The notes: generated from the letters alone by a model not told the origin. DNA of 62,926 nucleotides, filler included, from Reticulomyxa filosa (GCA_000512085.1; 17 parts of 17 records of this genome joined end to end with filler, not necessarily neighbours in it); one strand, 5' to 3'. Shown: positions 13,670 to 26,407, counted from the first letter of the whole stretch. Numbers and translations: made by a program.

Positions 13670-14259
13670 ATGTCTGCAACTAAAAACTCGAATGGGACTT
13701 TGCGGCGACGCCAAGTATCTGCAACACAAGAAGAAAAGGTGGAAATTAAGCAAGTAGAAACATCAAATACGCCGCTTTTTTACCTTGTTTAGCATTGAGC
13801 TTTATTGTTGCGTTGATGTGTTGTTACACTTACTTTATGAGTGAACATCAGTCCTCAACAAACGAGGCGTCGCATGTTCCAACACAAGCCGACAAAGATC
13901 ACGAAGTAAACCAGCAGAACGCCTTGACAAATATTGTTTATCCAACTTGTTGGGAGAAGAAAGCAGGAACGTGATCTTCTCTCCGTTTTCGATTGACTCG
14001 GCGCTGAGTATCGTGTTTGCAGGATCCAGAAAGAACACGTTGGCGCAATATTTAGAAGTTGTCAATCCATCGTTACTGAAATCCACATCATCAGTTCCAA
14101 AAAAAAAAAAAAATTGAGGAGAGAGTTTTTGTATTTAATAACGTTTTCCAAAAAAAAATATATACGTATACAAATAAATGATAGGATTTAGTAAAAGAAG
14201 TGACCGAAAAATGCATCACGTTTTCTGTCATTGGCAAATTGGTACTCGAGGGAGTATTC
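13670..14259 (+). CDS. Serpin (N-terminal part) with a predicted N-terminal transmembrane anchor; 3' truncated
   Basis: Manual translation across two 1-nt T-run shifts (about 13776-13781 and 13937-13939): MSATKNS..TPLFLPCLALSFIVALMCCYTYFM..LLGEESRNVIFSPFSIDSALSIVFAGSRKNTLAQYLEV. NVIFSP.SI..AL..V..G...T..Q is the serpin s6B/hB/hC signature. Not in the ORF track. Confidence 0.8.
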
Positions 14260-14359
14260 NNNNNNNNNNNNNNNNNNNNNNNNNNNNNNNNNNNNNNNNN
14301 NNNTTAATTAATTAANNNNNNNNNNNNNNNNNNNNNNNNNNNNNNNNNNNNNNNNNNNN

Positions 14360-16351
14360 GTCATCGTCAGTGATTGTGTGTAAAGTGTCAATGGTAAGAG
14401 ATGTAATTTATATGCGAGAAGAAAGCTTGTTGGAGTGCTTGGACATATTGCTGACGTTGATCTTGTGCACTGTCTTGTCAGTCAGTGGGAGCGACGATTT
14501 GTGGACACATGTCATACTAGTCATTGTGCCATCCGTGGGACTTTATGGTCTGGTTTTCATCCACTCTTACTGGGTTAATGTGTATGTACATTTTCGTACA
14601 TAGGTGCACTACTATGCATCCGCATATACTATACACATGCTCCTCCTCCTATCTTCGCAAACTCTTTTTATAATAGTGTTGCTTTTTTTTTTTTTTTTTT
14701 CTCCTCTTCCTCCCTCCCCCCTCCTCAATACAATAATTTAATAGATGTTTCATTTTCTTTTTCTTTTTTTTTTTTTTTTAAAAAAAAAAAGGTTTTAATG
14801 GTCATTTCGCGAAGTGATAGCACTTTGCCAAGTACACGCCATGTGACGTCGCTCACTAGCTTTCCTCAAGACAGATTTAATGCCATTCGGATCGCTATTC
14901 AGGCAGCAAAACCAGTCGAACTGGATGCCGCGCAACTCGAACTCGCTGGTAATACTTACGGCCCAATCGATCTTCTGACAGACTATGACGGCTTAAAGCT
15001 ATTCACCGAACATGCCGAAAAGTTTAACACGAAACGTTAGGAGAGGAGAAACATGTCACAATTTTTTTTTTTAATCCCCCTTTGCTTTTGTGGATCTGTG
15101 TACATATTATAATATACACATATACATACATATATAATATATACACATATATGTGTATATACGTATACATATATATATATATATTTATTTTTTTTTTTTT
15201 TTTTGTTAAACATGTCCAATTGAACAGAGAACTAAATACTGAAAATCTACTGTATTTTATCGCAGCTCAACAATTTCTTCAAAACTTGGTCCATGTGTAG
15301 TTTCGTTTCTTCTCCCCTTCAGTATATAAAGACATATATAAGATACGTATATGTTGTGCAACACTTTACGTACGTTGTCATACACACGTAAACATAAACA
15401 CATTTGCAAACAATATATGACAGCCCTGAGATGCGAGACCACGTAAGTGCGATATCGATCCCGGAACAACTGCCCCGGAATCAAATATTGCGTAAGTTTC
15501 CAACGGTGGCGATGCAGTATTTGGGGTTGTTCGAAGCGTACATAGCACAGGACGAGTTTTTCAGTGGCGTGTATAGTATCAATATCGAATCGGCTCGTCG
15601 CAACGTTTGCAGGCAAGTGTATATTCAAGTGGCGGAAATATTGTATATATTTATTGGCACCGAAGGAGGAAATGCCGAAGCTAGAACCGTGATTGGAACA
15701 AGAACAGACATTGGAACTGTGGGTCAAAGCGATCACGAAAGTTCCATTCAATCCAATAAAGGTAAAAGGCAACAACAACAACAACAACAGCAACAAGAAA
15801 CACCTATGACAATAGCCGAAGTCGTTGAAGACGAAAAAGAAGACACACCAAAAGTAAAAAAATCACTGACAACGGAAGACAGCTCTGTTACAAGTGTAAA
15901 AACAAGTAACAAGAATGATAGACACTCTACGTCTTCCTTGTCCCAACAACGAACGACCGAGAAAGTTCGCAAAATTAGTGATACTCTAACTGCCGAAAAA
16001 CGAGGCACCGTCTTGGTCCTCCCTTACACTCGTCCACGATTTCGCGCCAACACACTCAGTCGAAGCGCTTTTTTTGCTGTCTTGAGTGGGAAATTAGAAA
16101 CTATACCTAGTGAACATGCTTTACGTAGCTATCGCATGTTTGGTATGTACTTTTTTTTTTTTTTTTTTTTTTTTAATCTCATTTCATACCCGTTCCGTAA
16201 TGCAGCCATACAAATTGACTATATATGTATGTACATATACATACACATATATAAATATATAAAGGTATCCACAGCGAGGAATCTTTACCCAAGGATATTT
16301 TGAATAATATTGTTGATGCAATTCACGCTACTTTCATAGACATACGTGCCA
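14360..16351 (+). CDS. Transmembrane-RGS protein (7TM-RGS-like), partial, multi-exon
   Basis: RDVIYMREE followed by two hydrophobic helices (about 14440-14572). RGS motifs follow across introns: LLTDYDGLKLFTEHAEK|ELNTENLLYF and LFEAYI..VYSINIES.RR. Low-complexity tail. Confidence 0.8.
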
Positions 16352-16670
16352 NNNNNNNNNNNNNNNNNNNNNNNNNNNNNNNNNNNNNNNNNNNNTTAAT
16401 TAATTAANNNNNNNNNNNNNNNNNNNNNNNNNNNNNNNNNNNNNNNNNNNNAAAAAAAAAATAATTATTGAAGAATGTTACACAAATAATACTTTTAAAT
16501 AAACATAACAAAAAAATCCATCCAATTTAATTTTCTTTTCAAAGTTTGTACTTTCCAGTGATACGTACATATTATGATCCTACCAAAAAGCTGAGAAAAA
16601 AAAAGTCAAATGAAATAATAATTTAAAAAACAGCAATTTATATTTTGTCACATTAAACAAAATATTCATC

Positions 16671-17390
16671 TCAAAGCTCCTCTTTTAGTGTTTCCATTGG
16701 TTGCATGTAATGATATTCTGGTTCATACAGCACAGAATCTTCTTTTTCAGCGTTGCTTGTTATTGACTCAGTTTCAAATTTTCCTTTTCTTGAATATTTG
16801 TTATAAAAACGCGAAAAGATATTTTGTTGTTTCAATATTTGCATTACATGAAAACGTCGTGAAATAATAGCCAGTATAAAACAAACATCAATAATAAAAA
16901 ATCCATAACCAAACGCATTCTTTATCAAATGGGAATGATTGTCACTCAGTGCACCAGAGAATATCCAAATAAATTGCTGTAATAAAAACGACACAAGTAA
17001 TATCGATATTGGAAACGCAGGAACTTCATCAGATAGTTTGTAAATGTTGTTGTTTTCAATAAGACTTTCTTTCAATGGTATCGCAGGTTGGATTTTTTTG
17101 TTTAACAAGTACTGAAAATTCAAGATATTTGATACAGTCACCATAGCACACAACGGTACAATCAATGGACAAAATAACCCCAACAAAATCACTAGTTCTA
17201 CATTAACAAATAATCCTACGGTTTCAAAATTCAATTCATTTGATCCAGCCAAGAATTTTAATGATTCACATTGAAATAAAAGTGCACGAATATTGATCAA
17301 GCGAACCCATGGCAGGAATATGTTAATTGCCATTTTGGTTACCATAATATTTCCCCATTTTTCTAAAATTTCACGAACACATGTACCTAA
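16671..17390 (-). CDS. Multi-pass membrane protein, C-terminal part, unknown family
   Basis: 224-aa ORF with about 4 hydrophobic segments and a charged tail; 5' exons lie beyond the contig end. Confidence 0.6.
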   Translation of the reverse strand, partial: LGTCVREILEKWGNIMVTKMAINIFLPWVRLINIRALLFQCESLKFLAGSNELNFETVGLFVNVELVILLGLFCPLIVPLCAMVTVSNILNFQYLLNKKIQPAIPLKESLIENNNIYKLSDEVPAFPISILLVSFLLQQFIWIFSGALSDNHSHLIKNAFGYGFFIIDVCFILAIISRRFHVMQILKQQNIFSRFYNKYSRKGKFETESITSNAEKEDSVLYEPEYHYMQPMETLKEEL

Positions 17391-17678
17391 AATATATATT
17401 TTTTATAACAAAAAAAAAAAATTGTCACTTATATTATATACTGTTGTTATTGTTGTTTGTAAAATATTTAAATTATAACCAAATTGAAATCCTTGAGATN
17501 NNNNNNNNNNNNNNNNNNNNNNNNNNNNNNNNNNNNNNNNNNNTTAATTAATTAANNNNNNNNNNNNNNNNNNNNNNNNNNNNNNNNNNNNNNNNNNNNA
17601 AAAAAAAAACACTAACTAAAACAATGAATAACAAAGTTTGCTGGAGATTTTATTCAGAAGATGGAAGCACCACATCTC

Positions 17679-18701
17679 TTATTTTTTGTCAGGATGAAAT
17701 CTTCTTCCCACACGTTCCCAGTCAATACAATTCCACCATGCATCGACGTAAGCTGGTCTGTCGCTTTTGTAGTCGATGTAGTACGCATGCTCCCATACGT
17801 CGAGCGTCAAGATTGGAGTCATTTTATGTCTCATTGGGTTATCCGCGTCATGGCCTTCAAAAATCTCTAACTTGCGGTCTGCATTGTTCCATGCCAACCA
17901 AATCCTTTATTTTATTTTATTTTATTTTTATTTTTATTTTTTTTGTAAAGCAAAAGTGCAGATAATTTTTTCTTTTTTTTTAAAAAAAAAAAAAAAAAAT
18001 TGACGTATAAAAAAAAAACAAACAAACTTACCATCCTGAAGCAAAGTGATTATTTGCAGCTGTTGAAAACTGCTTTTTAAAGTCTTCGAAAGAATTGAAA
18101 TCTTTCATAATTTGCTCTGCCAAGTTTCCACAAGGGGTGTTTTTATCACCACTAGACATTCTATTCAAATTTGCCAAAAGTGAACCCCCCCCCAAAAAAA
18201 ATAAACATCTTGCACCTGTGAACAACACACACCCACCAAAAAAAAATAAATAAATTTGCATACCCTTCCCAATAAAAGTTATGGTTCCAAATTTGGGCTG
18301 CTAAGTTGAAAACGAGGCCCTGTTTGATTATTGTGTCGTTATTTTCGGTTCTTTCCTTCTCTCCAAAATGGACACACCCGTCCAAAAAAGAAAAAAACAA
18401 AACAACACGAAACGTCATAATGCAAAATAATATCTTCAAGGGAGCATTTGGCGAGTTTTTGATCGTTAGACGCAATTTGGTTCAATTTTCGAACGTATCC
18501 CAAATGATGCTTACCGTAATGGTACTCAATGGTCTCTTCAGAGATGCCCTTTTTGGACAATTCGTCTTTTGGCCATGGCAACTGCGGTGGAGAAAACTGT
18601 AGTCGGCAGGAGATTAAGTTGAAAACAAACACAACCGATATTATTCCAGTCTAGGGATGAAAATTCAAAAGAGAGTACTTAACAGTTTCAGATGATGACA
18701 T
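17679..18701 (-). CDS. sodB: Iron superoxide dismutase (spliced)
   Basis: Motifs [36 protein letters not shown] (AAQ indicates Fe-type), HFASGW and [14 protein letters not shown] at 18701 (MSSSET) precedes a GTTAAG intron. Confidence 0.95.
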
Positions 18702-19226
18702 TTCTCAAAGAAAAGATACACTCAAAATTTCAACGTCAAAAACAGAAGTAAACAAACGCTTTACACGCTTTTTTTTGAAAAAAGGTTTGGTTCAGGTCAG
18801 TGACCGTTCAATTCAATAAAGTAAAAATAAAATAAACACTTTTTTTGACAGATTCCATTCATTTTGTACAACAAGCTCACTTTTACAATACCATAAATTC
18901 ATGTAATGTTTATTTTTAAAGTAGCATTGGACTCTCACAAAAATTTGGATGGCCTGAAAAATAACATTTATTGAAATCAATTGTTTGGTACGTATGAAAA
19001 GACATTAATCACATTTTTAGATAGTATAAACGCATTGCATCAAAGTTAAAAAGATTATCACAATATCGCTACGATTACAACTGCATAAGAAGAAACAGTA
19101 AAAGCAAAAATTCTTTTCGAAAATTAAAAGGGGCAAGCCACACTGAATTTTTTTCATTAAAAAAAATGTGAAAAATTGAACTGTATTTCCAAAATAGAAG
19201 AGAGAATGTGGAAAAAAAAATGAACA

Positions 19227-19410
19227 CTACAGCTTAGGAATTTCACTATGAGCAACAATTTTTTGAGTTCCTGACCACGTCTTGCCAGGTTCCAAAGTGA
19301 CTGGACTGGTGACGTTGCCTGACTCAATACAAACCATGTGAGTGTAGCCATCAGCGTCAAAGTCAGTCATTTCTTTGGCCTTGTTGATCCACGGGTTCCA
19401 AAGGACTATG
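19227..19410 (-). CDS. D-hexose-6-phosphate mutarotase / aldose 1-epimerase family, last exon
   Basis: VLWNPWINKAKEMTDF..DGYTHMVCIESGNV..PVTLEPG..W is the YeaD/Ymr099c-type C-terminus. Confidence 0.88.
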
Positions 19411-19524
19411 CATTGCAAAAAAAANNNNNNNNNNNNNNNNNNNNNNNNNNNNNNNNNNNNNNNNNNNNTTAATTAATTAANNNNNNNNNNNNNNNNNNNN
19501 NNNNNNNNNNNNNNNNNNNNNNNN

Positions 19525-20532
19525 CTTATCAATTTGGTCATTGGCTACAACACCTCTGGAACTTGTCCTTATTTTATACCAAAGGCGTTCATCTCAACTC
19601 CTTTGCGCTCAATCAAGTCATCTCTAATCGCTTCGTCCAAGCCAATAATACACCTGTTATCTGTTGTGACTTAGTTCAAGAAGAGGATCAATTTTTGGAG
19701 ACTTATGCCAGTTGGGATTTGCTTTATCATATTTCATATTCATTACTATATATATATGCATACATATATGTGCAATTGTGTATATTAATTTGTATTGCGC
19801 ATGGCAAAACCTCCTCTTACCTACCTTTTTTTTTTTTTTTTTTTTTATGTAATAGAGCTCTTTGATTTATTTTCATTTGCTGCGTTGCATCATTTTGGTT
19901 GGATCCGACAAAGGTCTTTGCCACATTTTCATCAATCCAATCACCACTTAACTCCAGACATTCTCTATTTACTTAGTCCTTATTTATTACCGCACAGTTA
20001 CATTTTGGCGCAATTTCGTAACAATAATGTAATTGATTGTATCAACCACATTATTAATGTTTAGTTTTTTTTTTCTTTTTTGCTTGTCTTTGTTTTATTC
20101 AAACCAAAAATAATAATAATTTTGCAAGCAACTTATGACTAAAACAAAGGGCGCTGAACAAAATACCAATTCTCACAAAAAATTCTGGTGGTGTGTAATG
20201 CATTGGGGGTCCGTGACTTGTTGTTGAAACTGACTGGTAAAGAAAAATATGAGCCATTGATTGAAAGCATATCCAACTCTTTTGTCTCAACGAAATTAAA
20301 ATTACCCACGGTTTCTGAACAGTGCTATGACTTTCCTGCTGAAGATAAGCACTGGAAATATGTCCGAAAACTCTTTGGGTATAAAATGGTTCAATTATGT
20401 TTGGATACTATTGAAGGTAGAAAAACTAAAAAATCTGACATAAATGTCCTTAGCGATATTTTACTTACTGAAAACAAACTGCCAAATGATGTAACTCCAA
20501 TTCCAAAAATAAAAGGCAAACTCACTGAGTGA
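19525..20532 (+). CDS. Hypothetical protein, 3' part, multi-exon
   Basis: Exon-like blocks separated by poly-T/AT introns, ending ..PIPKIKGKLTE*. No family recognised. Confidence 0.5.
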
Positions 20533-21367
20533 AATATTATACCTTTCTTATGACTGTTTTGTTTTTTCTTCTGCTTTGATGACCACTAAAATCTATTTCT
20601 TCTGCTTTTGATTTGTATTTATATTCAAGACATCTGAATCGTGTAAAGAAATAAATAGAATTTTCGTCAGTACGAAAATTTTTGCTAAAATAAGTAAGTT
20701 TTCAATTAAAATATTTTTGTTTTCAATTATGTTCATATTTTTATTACACTTAGTTGTAAGTGCAGCCAGTTATTTACTTGTGTAGTGGTACAAAAGACAG
20801 ATAGTACATATTGACTCTTGTAATAACATTCTTTAAAGAATATGACGGACAAGCAGTATAAAAAAAATGCAACTGAGCTCATCTCTGTGGCCCCTTGCTA
20901 AAGTACTAGTTCAATTATGCATCGATCAGCATTTGAGTACTTTTTGTTAAAAGAAAATCACAGAATTTCAAATCACACTTGACGGCGAAACATACAAATT
21001 GGTAGTATTCATCGAATTTCGATTTATCACTTTGTAAGTCAACGTTCTGTGCATCTCAAGACGTTTGGGATCGATGTCTCTTTTGATTACAGACTAACAA
21101 AAATTTCAATATCTTAAAATTGAGTATGCGTAGTGTTCAAATAAAACTTTTAGACAACTAGTTGCTTTAGTTTATTTATACTTGTCTCACATCCAACTTT
21201 TGTACAGTTTTTCCATAAAGTTTCACCAAATTTTTTGATAATAGGTTTTGAAATTATGTTTTCACTAAGGTGAACAAAACTACACATTGAATTTTTCATA
21301 GCTAATATTGAAAAATCCGTTTGAAACAATAATTGAAAACTCAATTTAGAATGGTTGTATCCTATAG

Positions 21368-22567
21368 TCAAGATCCCTCCTTGTTATCAGTTTTATCTTG
21401 TACTTTTTCTGTTTTCTTTTCTTTCTTCGGTAACGGACATGTTACACCAGTCCCTTTTAGGCCACAATATCCATCAGGTTCTTTGCTCAAATATTGTTGA
21501 TGATAATCCTCTATTGTCCCCCCCCCCCCCCCAGATAGAACCAATTTTTTTAAAAAATATTTTATAATATTTTTTCAATTGTTCCTGTCGTCTTTACTAA
21601 AATAAAAAAACAAAAGATTACCAGCGTAATAAAACTCCAATTCGCTCATACTTCTAATTTCGGTGGTAATAGTGTTGTCACTTTTTTTCTTTTTTAGCTC
21701 CTTTTCATAATCCTCTTTGCTCTGACGGGCCAAGGCTAATTGTTCGTCATCATAGCAGTAAATGCAACTGCGGTATTGCGTTCCGTGATCATTTCCTTGG
21801 CGCATTCCTTTTTTTTTTTTTTACAATTCTATAAAAAAGGGAAAGATGTACAGCAATAAAAAAAAAATGGCTATGCTATCCATATAAACTACAAAGATAT
21901 CGAATTACCTTGAGTAGGATCATGGGCTTCCCAAAAGGCTTTCAACAAGGCAGCATAAGAGACTGCAGTTGGGTCGAATATTACACGTACAACCTCGGTA
22001 TGCCCAGTTCTGCCACTGCACACCTCCTTGTAAGTCGGGTTAGGGGTATATCCTTGTGATTTGAACCAAAAAGCGCACCGAAACAAGATGCAACCAGTAA
22101 GATATACAAACAAATAAACAAACACAATGCAAGACTTTTATTGGAATGTTTTTTATTTTACTACTTTTTCCTTGTCCTCTCTTCTGAACTCCTTTCTATT
22201 CCTCTTTTTTTTTTAAATACCTCCGGCATAGCCAACATTAGTTGAATACACTCCTTTGATTTTCCAAAATAGTTTTTCGGCTCCCCAAAAAACAACCCAT
22301 GCCGAAAATTGCAAGTTGCATCTGTTCGGGAAATGGTGGCAATGTTCGGTGATCTTTTTTTGCATGATGTGTTTCGCTTACGTCAAATGATCTTTTGTCT
22401 CGTCCTTTGAGAGCAAGTTCCTTGGCAACAAGTGGGCTGGAATACTGAGACATTTGTCGAAATGCCAGAGAGTTAAATGTTAAAGAGACACGTGGGGATG
22501 ACAAAAACGCTGTTCCACAACCAATTACTCCACAAACACCAAAAATAATCAGACGTCCTCTGCTCAT
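21368..22567 (-). CDS. MSRA: Peptide methionine sulfoxide reductase A with N-terminal targeting/anchor extension
   Basis: AIFGMGCF(W)GAEKLFW needs one T removed from the run at about 22287-22292. Other motifs: [65 protein letters not shown]. Confidence 0.95.
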
Positions 22568-22848
22568 AAATTGAATTTGGTAACACCCTTTGTGCAGAGC
22601 CTTAAAATCAGTTTTTGTAATCGAAAGAAGTACCGGTTTTACAACAAGTTCAGACAGTTTCAAAAAGATCCTTGGGAAATATTTCTTGAAATGTGTTGAT
22701 ATTTTTTTTTCTTTTCATGGGATATGGCCAGAAAAGAGTAGTAACTGGAACTTTGGGGAAAATCAGAGGAACTAGAGTTTCCCTGCGGTGCGATACAATA
22801 ATTATCTCATTAGTCTTTGATCCAAGTATTAGCTAACTAAATTTATAG

Positions 22849-23765
22849 ATGACGACATATGATCTTGAAGAAGACGAAGAGGAGCGCGTGAAAGAACTCG
22901 ACCTTGATTCAGAAGCCGATGAAAAAAGTATTGTAAGAGCAAAACGACGACTGAGGCCGGGGATGAGATCAGAAGAGTTATTTAATTGGCCAATTGAAGA
23001 GTATTGGAAAAAGCAGGGACTATTAGCCAATCAAGAGTACATCCAAGAAATGATTCGAAAAAATCCAAAAAACGTAGTTGATATTTTAGCATTACCAAAA
23101 TATCAGGATAACACTTTCACAGACAAAATGCAATGGCTTTACGAGCACTTTAGACAATTTTTTACTGATATTTCCCAATTTTTGGTGCATTTGCAACACG
23201 TTTTGTGATATTTATTTTGGAAAAAAAATTATGATTATCAATGGATAATAAGGATAAAGGCAATATATATGTTATAAAAATTAATAAAACAATTCAGGTG
23301 TGCAACAAACGCAATTGTCCAAAGATGCAAGCCACAGAAAAGTTTCGCTATCGTTGTGCGGCTCATGCAAAACCAAAAGATTGTAGTGCAATGAGCTATG
23401 CTGTTCATACAATTGATGATTTCTCCAAAAAATTTCAAAACAAAAAAGAGTTTCCTTCGCGTTATGGCAACAAAATCTCTCAGGAATCTATGAAACAATT
23501 CAACGAATGTGCACGACGAGTCTACCGTATATTTGCGCACGCATATCATCATCACGAAGAAGAATTTACAAAATATGAGGACGAATATTGGTTGTGCTCT
23601 CGTTTTATAACTTTTGTTTACATGTATAAACTAATTCCAATATCACATTTAGAAGCGGAAGCTCAAATACCTCCAAAGGCATTGCTGAAACTTTCCACAA
23701 AAGAATGGGCTCATAAAGTGGGTGATGTCGTCACTGCAAAAAATTATAATGATGAAAATACATAA
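22849..23765 (+). CDS. MOB4: MOB4/phocein (STRIPAK component), one intron at about 23200-23298
   Basis: RRLRPGMRSEELFNWP, W.YEH.RQF, C..M.ATE...CAAHAKPKDC.A..Y..HT.D, FPSR, RRVYRIFAHAY.HH, LC.RF: phocein-subfamily motifs. Confidence 0.93.
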
Positions 23766-24381
23766 AGCTTTCAAATGTTTATCATCTTTTTTTTTTCTTT
23801 CCCCCTTTCCTCGTTTGAGTTGAATCAGCCATTGTAATTGTGCTTGAATTGCTACTTTGTTAGTTTTTTTGTTTGAACAAGTATGCCAACTACTTTCCCA
23901 GTTTTCAGCAATCGTTGAAGAATCACTTGTGATATCAATTATGACTTAGCAAGGAATCGCACATTGATTTTTTCCTCTTTGTTTTGTTTTTTTTTACATT
24001 TTTGTTTTTTTTTAGTTTTAAAGCAAAATGGAATTGTTTGTCTTGGTTTTCCAAATTCCTTTGTTCATATTTTTAGTTGACGTTTTAGGTCTTAAGTCGT
24101 TGGATGTTTCTTTGTCTTTTGATAAAAGAATCCATTAGCGGCATAGGGAAGTTATAAAATAACCCCTACACCATTAATTGCAATTTCATTCCATCAAAAA
24201 AATCAGAAAAAAAATACAACAAAGCAACCTTTCAGGAGAAAGATCATACAAAGCTATCTTCAAACAAATTCACACACAAATGACAACTTTAAAAAAAACT
24301 ATCAACAAAGACAACTAAGAACAACAAAGGGAGAAAAAAAAAAGAAGAAAAAAAAACATCAGATAAACTCAACATTTCACA

Positions 24382-26039
24382 TTAATTGCAGTAAGTGTGC
24401 ACTGATGCTAGTATGATTATTTTTTCTGGCAAGTGTAAACGCGGTTTCTCCTGACTACAAAGATCAGAAATAAACAAACGTGCTTGTGTACATGTCAAAA
24501 CCTGTATATGAAAGTAATTACTCAACATTGTTAATAATTCCTGTGTCGGTCTTGTCTTTCAACAATTGTACAATACTTTCATATCCGTGCTCTGCTGCGT
24601 ACATCAAAGCAGTATAACCTTCCTGCACGAGTTGTCACAAAAAAAAACAACAACCAATCAAAGTTGTTTGCCATTTAAACTTAACAAATAATTTTTTTAA
24701 AAAAATGATAAACAAACCTGATTTTGAGCATTGACATCAATACCATGATTCACCAGACATCGTGCAGTGTCAGTAAATCCTTGCATAGTAGCCAGCATTA
24801 GAGCATTGTCGCCAGCACTAGTGACAGCATTCAAATTGGCTTTGCAAGAGAGTAATAACTCAACCACATTCATGCGACCCAGCTCAGAAGCAAGCAACAA
24901 CGCCGTTTTCAAGTGATAGTATGTGGTAGTGATTTCTAGATCGCTTTTGTATTCAAGCAATCTTCGGACCAAAGATATTTCACCAGAAATGCACGCAAAC
25001 ATTAACGCGGTCATACCTTCTTTGTTTTGAAAGTTTACATTGCATCCACCTTTTAGCATCGTGTCCACCACCTCTAGCGTCTCTTCGGATATTTCATTGC
25101 CATCTTCGTTTTCAAAAGAAAAAACCAATTCTTTGGATTGATTTCGTCTGCATCCACAAGCAATCATAAGCCCACTATCGCCATTTTCGTCTTGAAAGTC
25201 CAATAGAGAAGCTTCTTTATCACCAACTAATGCACGACACTATGATTTTTTGCTTTTGATGCTTTATGCATTTTATTTTATTTTATTTTTAAAAATTCCC
25301 CAATCAATCAATCAACCAATCATGGTCAAATTACTTAGTTTAAAGATCGTACATATATACATGCATATGCACCATATACGTATACGCTATGCCATGTTCA
25401 CAAAAAAAAAAAAAACAAAAAAAAAAAAACAGAGAAAAACGAAACCCAATTTTTCAGCGTGTCGTCTCAAGCGCTGATCAATTTCTGGAATCTTTGTCTT
25501 GACAGACTCTTTTTGGGAGTCAACACTCTCGGCGTCTTGCGGTTGTCGTGTTCGGTCTAACTCGCGATACGCTTTGATTTCGGCAAGATTGTCTCTGGCA
25601 ATTTCGAACCACTCTGAGTCGGACTTGGCAACATCTTGAATCGCAACCCCTGCGCAGAATTCAAGTTCACTTTCTTGTAAGGACAAATCATTCAAGATTT
25701 GAGACGCGATTTCTCGTAAACGTCCGTCTTTGCATTCCAAAAAGTACTCCTGCTTGTCTTCCTCACCGACAATCATTTGAGATTCCAACTCGTTTGCGGT
25801 GATTGCCACATCGACAGGTGTAATCACCACAAATTGTCCGTCGCCCATGTAATCCACGTATTGTGTCAACATCCCCAAAGTTTCATCGATCATTTTTTCA
25901 ATGGTTTGAACGAGTACGGCGTGATCAATTGTCGAATACTTGACAATTTCGTTGAAGCCGTCCAATTCGATTAATATCATTCCCCAGCTGATCATGCGAA
26001 TGACATCACCACCAATTGGTTCCTTTCCACTGTTGTCAT
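24382..26039 (-). CDS. Degenerate GGDEF-like domain fused to ankyrin repeats; 5' truncated, at least 5 exons
   Basis: Ankyrin motifs GDSGLMIAC, GMTALMFAC..G, KTALLLASELG, GDNALMLA..G, GYTALMYAAEHG, GETAFTLA. The upstream exon matches the GGDEF pattern (MILIELDGFNEI, YMGDGQFVVI, FCAGVA, EWFEIARDNLAEIK). Confidence 0.85.
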
Positions 26040-26407
26040 CTTTTTTTTTTTTTTTTTTTGCAATAGAAACATATTTCTCGTTCCATGCATAGTATAGTAT
26101 AGATATGTATATGTTGTGTGGAAATTTNNNNNNNNNNNNNNNNNNNNNNNNNNNNNNNNNNNNNNNNNNNNTTAATTAATTAANNNNNNNNNNNNNNNNN
26201 NNNNNNNNNNNNNNNNNNNNNNNNNNNGAGACGTAGTCGCCGAACAAGCAAAAGTGAACAATCAAAAACACAAGAGCAACAGGGAAGTCAACGCAAGAAA
26301 GCAAGTGATGATAATCACACTCCTTTGCGTATTCGTAATGATAATGATATTGACGATAATAATAATATAATAATAATAATAATAATAATAAGTATTATCA
26401 TACTTAT

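Noticed and set aside
22280-22295. Frameshifts in MsrA, serpin, DHDH, VAP and the Ubl-Hint gene as programmed frameshifting or pseudogenisation
   Set aside because: Nearly all fall in homopolymer runs, go in both directions, and occur in otherwise conserved genes. Sequencing error is the simplest explanation; reads are needed to exclude the alternatives.
25570-25990. Bacterial contamination as the source of the GGDEF-like and Mip-like sequences
   Set aside because: Both genes carry spliceosomal-type introns with host-style homopolymers and share contigs with clearly eukaryotic genes.
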